From NCBI GenBank assembly GCA_038142325.1, contig JAYQJW010000002.1, positions 416,001 through 480,000 on the forward strand: a stretch of 64,000 nt of DNA. The letters are read 5' to 3'. Below the pieces are notes generated by a model. It did no database searches. It saw only the letters and a program-made list of their open reading frames with translations, and was not told the DNA's origin. Shown one piece after another: positions 55,682 through 64,000 of this stretch. The stretch's first letter is position 1; the number at the start of each line of letters is the position of its first letter. The stretch comes from Gammaproteobacteria bacterium. Its GTDB lineage: Bacteria; Pseudomonadota; Gammaproteobacteria; GCA-002705445; GCA-002716945. The translations under genes and the position numbers were made by a program.

Positions 55682-56686
55682 ATGTCTAAAAATATTGTCT
55701 TCTCTGGTGTTCAACCTACTGGTGAAATTCACTTAGGCAACTATCTCGGAGCCATTAAACAGTTCCTCACTTTTCAGGAGAATGCAGACTCAATATTTTG
55801 CATAGTTGATCAGCATGCCATAACGGTATTTCAAGATCCTTCTGAATTAAGAGAGAATGTATTCAGTGTTCTTTCTATATTTCTTGCATGTGGTTTAGAT
55901 CCCAATAAATGTATTATTTTTAATCAATCCTCAGTAAGAGAGCACAGTGTCTTGTCATGGTATCTTAGTTGCACTGCAAGGGTAGGCTGGTTAAATCGCA
56001 TGACTCAATTTAAAGATAAAGCTGGCAAAAATAGAGATAATGCATCACTTGGCTTATATGCATATCCGGTACTTATGGCTGCAGATATATTATTATATCA
56101 TGCTGATAAAGTACCAGTCGGTGATGATCAAAAACAACACCTTGAACTTACAAGAGATATCGCTCATAAGTTTAATACTGATTACAAATCAGATTACTTC
56201 AAGCTGCCTGACCCAATTATTGACGAAAAAGCTCCTAGGATAATGAGTTTAAGAGACGCAAGTAATAAAATGAGTAAGTCTGATGTATCTAAATATTCTA
56301 GAATATTATTGACTGATTCAAATGATGATATTGCTACTAAAATTAGTAAAGCCAAATCTGATTCTCATAACATGCCATCAGATATTGAAGGAGTTAATAA
56401 TCGTCCAGAAATTAATAATCTTTTAAATATCTACGCCGCTGTATCAAATCAGGATAAAAGTGAGGTCATAAACCAATTCTCAGGAAAAGAAATTTCATAT
56501 TTTAAATCAGAATTAAAAGATGTTGTTATTAATTTAATTGAACCGATATCTTCTCGTATTCAAGATATTAAAAACGATAAAACTTTACTTATTAATACAC
56601 TTAAGCTTGGTTCAGATAAGGCGCGTGAAATTGCTACTAAGACGATATCTGATGTTGATAATTTGATGGGGTTAAATATTGAATAA
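55682..56686 (+). CDS. trpS: Tryptophan-tRNA ligase
   Basis: SGVQPTG, HLGN, RMTQFKDK, YPVLMAADIL, VG.DQ.QH, KMSKS. Confidence 0.98.
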   Translation: MSKNIVFSGVQPTGEIHLGNYLGAIKQFLTFQENADSIFCIVDQHAITVFQDPSELRENVFSVLSIFLACGLDPNKCIIFNQSSVREHSVLSWYLSCTARVGWLNRMTQFKDKAGKNRDNASLGLYAYPVLMAADILLYHADKVPVGDDQKQHLELTRDIAHKFNTDYKSDYFKLPDPIIDEKAPRIMSLRDASNKMSKSDVSKYSRILLTDSNDDIATKISKAKSDSHNMPSDIEGVNNRPEINNLLNIYAAVSNQDKSEVINQFSGKEISYFKSELKDVVINLIEPISSRIQDIKNDKTLLINTLKLGSDKAREIATKTISDVDNLMGLNIE

Positions 56687-57450
56687 TATAACTGCTGTTT
56701 ACAATGGAAAGAAAATTTCTCATATACCTGAGGACTTATTTATACCGCCTGAATACCTTAGGATTATTCTTGAAGAATTTGATGGTCCATTAGATTTATT
56801 ACTATATCTCATAAAAAAACAAGACATAGATATAACAGATCTTCCAATATTCCCAATTACTGAACAGTATATGAGATATATATCAATAATGGAAAATATA
56901 CATTTTGAGTTAGCAGCTGATTATTTAGTAATGGCATCAACATTAGCTGAAATTAAATCAAAACTTTTACTACCAGTTGAGTCAGATGAATGATGAAGAA
57001 GATCCGCGAGCTAATCTAATTAAAAGATTATTAGAATATCAAAAATATAAAAATGCCTCGGAAAGACTTGAGGAGATTCCAAGAAATTATCGAGATTTCT
57101 ATGTTGTTACAAATGCAATTGATTATCAAAAAGCAATAATAATCGAGACACCAGATATTAAGATAGAACAATTAAAACATGCTTTTATGGATGTCTTAAA
57201 GAGAGCAGAGATATTCTCTACTCACAACATACAATCTGAAACTCTATCTGTCAGAGAGCGTATGACAATAATACTATCTCTTGTCAAAGATAATGAAAAT
57301 ATTGAATTTGAGAGATTATTCAATATAAAGGAAGGAAGGTTAGGTGTTATTGTTAGTTTCCTGGCGATACTCGAACTGGTTAAAGAATCATTAATAGATA
57401 TTATTCAAAATAAATCTTTATCAAAAATTTATATAAGTGTTAAAAAATGA
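56679..57450 (+). CDS. scpA: Segregation and condensation protein A (frameshift near 56990)
   Basis: LFIPP, FDGPLDLLL, AADYLVMA, EDPR, SFLAILEL. Confidence 0.94.
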
Positions 57451-57968
57451 GCTTTTCTCTTGAAAATATAATTGAATGTTTACTACTAGTCAGTGATGAA
57501 CCCCTGTCTAGTAATCAAATATTAAAGATTTTAGATAATGCAAAATATAATAAGAAAAAAATTGAAGATGCAATTGATGAACTTAATAGACAATATGAAT
57601 CTAAGGCTATATTCATTAACAAGGTTGCAAGCGGTTACAGATTTCAAGCAAAGAGCGGACTTGAAACATATATTTCTAAACTTAAAGATAAGAGTTCGAA
57701 TAAATTCTCAAGAGCATTCTTAGAAACCATTGCAATTATTGCTTATAAACAGCCTGTTACCAGAGGAGACATTGAAAATATTAGAGGTATAGCAGTTAAC
57801 TCAAATATTATTAGAACACTTCTCGAACTTGAGTGGGTTAAAGTAGTAGGTCACAGAGACAGCCCTGGTAAACCTGAATTATTTGCTACAACTACGAAGT
57901 TTCTTGATTATTTTAATAAAAATAAATTATCTGAATTACCAGAGATCAGTGAAGTTGAGAGCTTATGA
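57447..57968 (+). CDS. scpB: Segregation and condensation protein B
   Basis: LETIAIIAYKQPVTRGDIE.IRG, PGKP, TT.KFL..F, LP. Confidence 0.96.
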   Translation: MSFSLENIIECLLLVSDEPLSSNQILKILDNAKYNKKKIEDAIDELNRQYESKAIFINKVASGYRFQAKSGLETYISKLKDKSSNKFSRAFLETIAIIAYKQPVTRGDIENIRGIAVNSNIIRTLLELEWVKVVGHRDSPGKPELFATTTKFLDYFNKNKLSELPEISEVESL

Positions 57969-58469
57969 TTATTCATTGAGTCTAGGCATCAACATAACTA
58001 GATTACACGGTTTCGTATCACTATTAAGCTGATGACTTATAATTTCTTCCCAGGCTGTTATGCATGCATCAGTTGAACCTGGCAAAACAAATATAAAAGT
58101 TTTATTGGCTACGCCTGCAACCGCACGAGATAGTAGTGAAGAGGTTTTTATTTTTTCGTAGGACTTCAGCCTGAATATTTCACCAAAACCATCAATTATT
58201 TTATCCAATAGTGGTATGACAGCTTCTGGCGTTCCATCAGAACCTGTAATACCAGTTCCTCCACTAATAATTACAGCATCTACTGCATCATCAACTATAT
58301 GTCCAGACAGAACTTTTCTTATTTGATAGATATTGTCCTTAATTATAATTTTACTTACTAAACTATGACCGTCAGTCTCAATTAGACTTTTAAGTTTTTT
58401 TCCAGACTTATCTGTATCATCAGTTCGTGTATCAGATACTATTACAACAGCTATATTTAATTTTTTCAT
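57969..58469 (-). CDS. moaB: Molybdenum cofactor biosynthesis protein B
   Basis: VSDTR, DKSG, GGTG, TPEA, GFGE.FR, SRA, LPGS, PCN. Confidence 0.93.
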   Translation of the reverse strand: MKKLNIAVVIVSDTRTDDTDKSGKKLKSLIETDGHSLVSKIIIKDNIYQIRKVLSGHIVDDAVDAVIISGGTGITGSDGTPEAVIPLLDKIIDGFGEIFRLKSYEKIKTSSLLSRAVAGVANKTFIFVLPGSTDACITAWEEIISHQLNSDTKPCNLVMLMPRLNE

Positions 58470-58499
58470 GCATAATAAATATAATCAAATTTTAATAAG

Positions 58500-59204
58500 A
58501 TGTATAGAGTACAAAAAATACTGTCAAAAATTGGGTATTGTTCAAGGAGACATGCAGAAAGTCTTATTGAGTCTGGTCAAGTAAAAATAAATGGTAGAGT
58601 GGTCAATCTTGGTGATAAATGGCAACAAGGTGACACTTTAATGGTTAATGATCAAGAACTGGATCTTACAATGGCTTTAGATCAAAAAATTGAATTTATA
58701 AAATATTATAAACCTCTTGGCGAGGTAGTCAGCAGGAATGATCCTCATTTTTCTAAAACAGTTTTTGATCATTTACCAGAAGTTGATGGGAAATGGATAA
58801 ATATAGGTAGACTTGATGTAAATACTACTGGGCTTATCTTGTTTACAAATAATGGTGACATGGCAAATAAAATCATGCATCCATCATTTAATTTTGAGAG
58901 AGAGTATATAGTAAAGATAGATAAACCTCTTGGTAAAAAAGATATTAGTTCACTAGAAAAAGGAGTCCCTATAAATGATAACTCTATAGGTAGATTCAAC
59001 AAAGTTATTAATCTTACTAATAATTCTTATAAGATAACGTTATCGACTGGAAAATATAGAGAGGTGAGATATTCACTACAATACTTAAATTTCAAAACTA
59101 TTTCACTACATCGCGTCAGGTATTCAAATATTTTTCTTGATGATATGAGCGAAGGTGAATATAGATTACTTTCAGAGAGTGAAAGATCTAATTTTTTATT
59201 TTAA
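58500..59204 (+). CDS. rluB: RsuA-family pseudouridine synthase, RluB-like
   Basis: RVQKILS..G.CSRR, GRLDVNTTG, HPS, EREY; near scpAB. Confidence 0.85.
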   Translation: MYRVQKILSKIGYCSRRHAESLIESGQVKINGRVVNLGDKWQQGDTLMVNDQELDLTMALDQKIEFIKYYKPLGEVVSRNDPHFSKTVFDHLPEVDGKWINIGRLDVNTTGLILFTNNGDMANKIMHPSFNFEREYIVKIDKPLGKKDISSLEKGVPINDNSIGRFNKVINLTNNSYKITLSTGKYREVRYSLQYLNFKTISLHRVRYSNIFLDDMSEGEYRLLSESERSNFLF

Positions 59205-59682
59205 CTTTTAAGACACCATCTCCACCATCCTTAGCGTGTGCCGTGCAGGCAGCATTGACTATACTACATCTCTTTATAAAAGCCTGAGATGTAATCTTGA
59301 TTCTTGGTATCTGGTCATGACTGTTTATGCCTTTTCCACATATAATTTTTAAATAAGTATAGTTATTAGCATAAGCATTTGAGAAAAATGTATTTAATTG
59401 AATAATTGCGCTTTTAACTGTTTCTCCATGCAAATCTATACCTACTGAGATATCATCAACTTTCATTTTCCTTAGCTTATTTAAAACATAATCTTGAACA
59501 CCATTCTTTTTAAACTCAAATGTTCCAATAGTATTATCAATCAATGAAATACTATCAAAATCATAATCGAGATTGACATTTTCAAATGATTTATGTTTTT
59601 GTACTCCTTTATCATCAAATACATGACTATCTGCATTTTTAAGCCAATCATCTAATTCTTTTATTTTTTTGCCTTTTTTCAT
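59188..59682 (-). CDS. Smr domain protein
   Basis: IDLHG, IICGKG..S, DGGDG. Confidence 0.88.
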   Translation of the reverse strand: MKKGKKIKELDDWLKNADSHVFDDKGVQKHKSFENVNLDYDFDSISLIDNTIGTFEFKKNGVQDYVLNKLRKMKVDDISVGIDLHGETVKSAIIQLNTFFSNAYANNYTYLKIICGKGINSHDQIPRIKITSQAFIKRCSIVNAACTAHAKDGGDGVLKVKIKN

Positions 59683-59734
59683 AATTGATTAACAGATATG
59701 ATGTATTTTTATATTATCTTCATATGGAGTTATT

Positions 59735-60458
59735 GTGAATATTTTGTTGTCAAATGATGATGGGTATAAGTCTATAGGCCTTAAAGCTCTTAGAGAAGGA
59801 TTAACTCACTACGGTCAAGTCCTTACACTAGCACCACACAAAGATATTAGTGCCTCAAGTAGTTGTTTAAGTGTTCACTCACCGGTTAAAGTTACTAAAC
59901 TGTCGAACTTATGTTACAAGGTGTATGGAACCCCTGCTGATTGTGTAAATATTGGCGCTAGAGGAATATTAAAAAGATATCCAGATATCGTATTTAGTGG
60001 AATCAACTTTGGATCAAATATGGGTGATGATGTTCTTTATTCTGGTACAGTGGGTGCAGCAATTGAAGGCAGGCATGCTAAATTTGGAAGTTATGCTATA
60101 TCAATTGCAGAGAAAATTCCAAAACACTCTGATGATATTGATCAAAAAGTAAATTATATTTTAAAATATATTTTCACTAAACTCAAAATTTTATAAAACA
60201 TTATTTAATATTAATATCCCTGACATACCTTTTTCTAAAATCAAGGGTATAAAAGTCACCACTTTAGGCAAAAGAAGAGTTTCCAAAAGAGCAAAGGAAA
60301 AAAATATTAATGGTAATACTTATTTTGAAATAGGTGAAGTTGGAAATAATATTATAAATAAGGGTGATGATTTTTTTTATATCAAAAATAAATACATAAC
60401 AGTTACACCTATCTTATTAGATATGACAAACAGATCCATTTATAAAAAATTAAAATAA
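59735..60458 (+). CDS. surE: 5'/3'-nucleotidase SurE (frameshift near 60190)
   Basis: LLSNDDG, GTPADCV, SGIN.G.N.G, YSGTVGAA.EG; NINIP and VTP in shifted frame. Confidence 0.94.
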
Positions 60459-60461
60459 AAT

Positions 60462-61133
60462 ATGAAAATCAATGATATTCTTGGTTCAGGACTTACTTCA
60501 CAAGTAAGTAGAGAAAAACTTAAACAAGAACTAAAAAAATTAGGCATTAAAAACACCGAAGTTATTAATTTAGTTTCATCTATGCCTAGACATTTGTTCA
60601 TAGATTCAGCGCTTTCGAATAAAGCCTATGAGAATGTTTCTTTACCGATTGGTTTTAAACAGACAATTTCTCAACCATATATAGTTGCTAAAATGACTGA
60701 ACTCATTCACGAGATGAGTTCAATGAAGAATGTTTTAGAGATAGGGACAGGATCTGGATATCAAACAGCGATTCTCTCAATGTTGTTTAGTAAGGTAACT
60801 ACTATAGAGAGAATTACTTCTCTACATAATCAAGCAAAACAACGTCTTTCAAAGTTAGGATTTAAAAATATAACTTATATACTAGGCGATGGGCATTTAG
60901 GGGATACATCGACATTACATTTTGATGCTATTATCATTACAGCTGCCGCATCAGGTGTCCCTAAAATACTTCTAAATCAGTTAAGTTCATTTGGCAGACT
61001 CGTTGCACCTATAGTTGTGGGAGATGGACAAAAATTAATTAAACTTAAAAATACTAAAAACGGTCTTGTAGAGAAAATTATAGAAGAGGTTGTTTTCGTA
61101 CCTATGTTGGAAGGCGTTGAAAATTGTGAATAA
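60462..61133 (+). CDS. pcm: Protein-L-isoaspartate O-methyltransferase
   Basis: PRHLF, QTISQP, LEIGTGSGYQ, FVP. Confidence 0.96.
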   Translation: MKINDILGSGLTSQVSREKLKQELKKLGIKNTEVINLVSSMPRHLFIDSALSNKAYENVSLPIGFKQTISQPYIVAKMTELIHEMSSMKNVLEIGTGSGYQTAILSMLFSKVTTIERITSLHNQAKQRLSKLGFKNITYILGDGHLGDTSTLHFDAIIITAAASGVPKILLNQLSSFGRLVAPIVVGDGQKLIKLKNTKNGLVEKIIEEVVFVPMLEGVENCE

Positions 61134-61686
61134 ACTTCTTAAAGCTACAATAGATAAATGCGGTTCAACCAAATCTGTCTTATATTTGAGGATTTTGAGT
61201 TTTACAGAGTCGATTTTTTTTCCAATTCCAACAGATGCACTTCTAGCGCCAATGGTTCTGTCACGTAAGCATAATTGGGTGAGAATCACACTTATCGCAT
61301 CATACTGGTCAGTCATTGGTGGAGTAGTTGGTTACTTATTAGGTTTTTATATTTTTGATATGATTGAACCTATACTCCATGACTTTGGATTGTACAGTAA
61401 ATATGTAACAGCTAAATCATATTTTATCTCGTATGGGCTTATTTTTCTTTTTATTGCTGCATTTACACCTATACCGTATAAAGTATTTACTATTTCTGCA
61501 GGAGTATTAAGTTTTAACTTACTCCTATTCATACTCATATCACTGATTGGCAGATCAGCAAGATTTTTTTTAGTTTCATATATTTGTTTGAGGTATGGAG
61601 AAAGAATACTTGCACTGGTAAATAAGTATCTTTTAATTATTGCGATATTTATCTTTTTTGCAATTGGGTTGCTTTTATGGATATAA
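61126..61686 (+). CDS. yqaA: YqaA/DedA-like membrane protein
   Basis: SFTESIFFPIP.D, FTPIPYKVFTI, GR..RF; GTG start after pcm. Confidence 0.88.
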   Translation: MNKLLKATIDKCGSTKSVLYLRILSFTESIFFPIPTDALLAPMVLSRKHNWVRITLIASYWSVIGGVVGYLLGFYIFDMIEPILHDFGLYSKYVTAKSYFISYGLIFLFIAAFTPIPYKVFTISAGVLSFNLLLFILISLIGRSARFFLVSYICLRYGERILALVNKYLLIIAIFIFFAIGLLLWI

Positions 61687-62037
61687 GATTGATGTAAAAA
61701 GTCTACGCTCTGACAACAATAAATTATGAGTTTTGCACGCTGATTTAGTATTCATAAATTCTAAACCTTTCCCAGAATTTTGCATCATTTTAATCAAATC
61801 TTGATTGAGTAAAACATTTTTTTCACCTGTTCCTATTAACATAAGATCTGACGTAGATATAAAAACTTCTATATCGTCGAGAGAAATGTTTGACGGTACT
61901 TTTACATGGAAAGGTAGAATCGAATTATCATGAAACACAATTGGCTCTGAATATGTTTTTTCAATCAAAAAAATTGTTCTATTAACATATTTTTTGATAT
62001 TAAAGTTATTTAAGTTCTTATCTTCAACCAGTTCCAT
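61675..62037 (-). CDS. Mth938-like domain protein
   Basis: LIGTG, EFMNT.SAC.T.N.L.SE.R. Confidence 0.88.
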   Translation of the reverse strand: MELVEDKNLNNFNIKKYVNRTIFLIEKTYSEPIVFHDNSILPFHVKVPSNISLDDIEVFISTSDLMLIGTGEKNVLLNQDLIKMMQNSGKGLEFMNTKSACKTHNLLLSERRLFTSILYP

Positions 62038-62095
62038 TATCTTAAGAAATTAATATTTTTTAGTGATATTATATCTCCATTGTATAGGAGTATGG

Positions 62096-63379
62096 ATGAT
62101 TAAAATAGCAGTATGTGGATTTGGAACAGTTGGCCAAAGCTTTGTGAATCATGTTTCGAAATATCAAGATAAAATAATACATAATTGCGGTCACGATATT
62201 TCTATATCAATAATAGCCGACAGGTCAATTGATAAAAAGAAATTTGAAAATGATCAAATCAAATTTACATCAGATATTATGAGTGTTGTTGATTCTGACT
62301 GTGATCTCATTGTTGAGTTGATAGGAGGGACAGATATTTCCTTTAATTTAGTTAAGGAAGCAATCAAAAAGAAAAAAGGTGTTATCACTGCAAATAAAGC
62401 ACTTATTGCAGAGAACGGTGATGAGATATTAGGATTAGCTTTTGAAAATAATACTTATGTAGGCTATGAGGCAGCCGTTGCTGGAGCAATCCCAATTATA
62501 AATGTCCTCAAACATAATATGTTGAATGAAAATATAATATCTATCAGTGGAATAATTAATGGTACTTGTAACTATATCTTAGATAAAATGTCTACAGAAA
62601 AGAAAAATTTCTCTGATTGCCTGACAAGAGCTCAAGAACTAGGTTATGCAGAATCTGATCCAACATTTGATATAGGAGGATTTGATGCTGCTCATAAAAT
62701 ATCTATATTATCCATGCTTGCTTATGGAATTAAATCACCTTTCCAAAAAATGCATATCGAGGGAATTGATGCTATTGATAGTATGGACATAGATTACGCG
62801 GATGAACTTGGTTACGCTATCAAACATATAGCTAGCGCTAAATCAAAGGGATCAAAAATTGAATGCATAGTTCATCCAGTATTAATTAATAAGAAAAACA
62901 TTTTATCTAAAATCACTGGCGTAATGAATGCAGTAAAAACACGTGGTGATAAATTTGGAGAATCTTTACTTTATGGTCATGGAGCAGGAGGCGATGCAAC
63001 AGCATCAGCAGTTGTTTCAAACATTTCTGATTATTGTGCGCATCTTGATGGGAATTTTAATAAAAAACCTATACTTGAAGTTTACGCAGATGAAATCGTC
63101 AATGTTAACGATATAGAGAATCAATATTATCTGAGAATGTTTGCAAATGATATTCCTGGAGTTATGGCTGAAATTACTACTTCACTGGCTAATCATGAAA
63201 TTAGCATCGAGGCTGTTATGCAACATGAGCCGCTTGAGAATGAAAAATTAATTCCTATAGTCATGATTACAAATTCAATTAAATACAAAGAGATATTATC
63301 AGCAATTAAAAAAATTGAAGCAATGAATAATATCAATGGCTCAGTAAATCTTATAAGAGTTCTTAGCGATAATGAATAA
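62096..63379 (+). CDS. hom: Homoserine dehydrogenase with ACT domain
   Basis: GFGTVG, VELIGG, TANKA, EAAVAG.IP, NGTCNYIL, GAGG..TASAV; AGGAG SD at 62086-62090. Confidence 0.97.
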   Translation: MIKIAVCGFGTVGQSFVNHVSKYQDKIIHNCGHDISISIIADRSIDKKKFENDQIKFTSDIMSVVDSDCDLIVELIGGTDISFNLVKEAIKKKKGVITANKALIAENGDEILGLAFENNTYVGYEAAVAGAIPIINVLKHNMLNENIISISGIINGTCNYILDKMSTEKKNFSDCLTRAQELGYAESDPTFDIGGFDAAHKISILSMLAYGIKSPFQKMHIEGIDAIDSMDIDYADELGYAIKHIASAKSKGSKIECIVHPVLINKKNILSKITGVMNAVKTRGDKFGESLLYGHGAGGDATASAVVSNISDYCAHLDGNFNKKPILEVYADEIVNVNDIENQYYLRMFANDIPGVMAEITTSLANHEISIEAVMQHEPLENEKLIPIVMITNSIKYKEILSAIKKIEAMNNINGSVNLIRVLSDNE

Positions 63380-64000
63380 ACAAGATTCACTTTTATATAA
63401 GAGTACTAGAGGAAAATCAAAAGAGCTTTTTTTAAAGATGTTGTATTTGAAGGGTTAGCCTCTGATGGAGGTTTATATATCCCTAAAGAGTGGCCTAAAC
63501 TTGATAGTGATTTAATTAACGATTTTAAGAATATGTCATATCAAGAAATCGCTTTTTTTGTTTTCAGAGAGTACATTGATTCATCTTTATCTGACAGTGA
63601 TTTGAAAGATCTTATTGATGAATCATATTCATCTTTTACTAACAAAGAAATTACTCCAATCAGCAAGATAAGTGATAGTGAGTATTTACTTGAATTATTC
63701 CATGGTCCAACGTATGCGTTTAAAGATATTGCCATGCAATTTATTTCGAGATTAATGGACATTTATCTAAAAAAAGACGGTAGTCAAATTAATATTCTCG
63801 GAGCAACATCAGGAGATACAGGTTCTGCTGCAATTTACGGCTTTGAGTCAGTGGAATCATCTAATGTTTTTATTCTTCATCCTTGTAATTTAATTTCACC
63901 AACTCAAAGAAAATTTATGACTACTGTATCTTCAGATAATATTATTAATATTGCTGTTAAAGGTAACTTTGATGACTGTCAAAATCTTATAAAAGAAATA
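63372..64000 (+). CDS. thrC: Threonine synthase, partial (frameshift near 63430)
   Basis: YKSTRG, GLASDGGLY, LELFHGPTYAFKD, ATSGDTG, GNFDDCQ by manual translation. Confidence 0.95.

Noticed and set aside
62075-62090. CTCC/GGAG hairpin masking the hom SD
   Set aside because: Only a 4-bp core, and the 5' arm probably lies upstream of the transcription start implied by TATTAT at 62067-62072

Overview
Gene-dense, very AT-rich (roughly 30% GC by eye) chromosomal backbone of a streamlined gammaproteobacterium-like organism. Contents in order: tetrahydromethanopterin-biosynthesis-type genes (Orf20/DUF6513-like, DmrB-like flavoprotein) with mobA; dusA, an unknown methyltransferase and rnpB; a complete but rearranged dcw cluster; lpxC, dciA, secA, argJ, a Nudix fusion, zapD, coaE; nadE, bamD, rluD, pgeF; an RND pair; two small c-type cytochromes; aspS, nadA, yebC, ruvC, queE, queC; a sulfur islet around tRNA-Lys (yeeE-like, alpha/beta hydrolase, lipoprotein, soxXYZA, then bepA and tusA); ilvIHC, pssA, leuA, udg, rimI, bolA, trpS, scpAB, moaB, rluB, smr, surE, pcm, yqaA, hom, thrC. 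More than 20 genes, many essential, are broken by small indels mostly in short base runs; I read these as long-read errors, not pseudogenes, and give joined coordinates. No mobile element, CRISPR array or defence system was seen. The most unusual observations are: a J-domain-only gene coupled between mraZ and rsmH, together with ftsZ moved to sit between ftsL and ftsI; a CCA-less tRNA-Lys lying in frame inside the 5' end of a secreted hydrolase ORF next to a soxB-less sox block; repeated leaderless-type promoter geometry; and a Leu/Val mini-uORF coupled to leuA. Family assignments come from motif recognition, not database searches.
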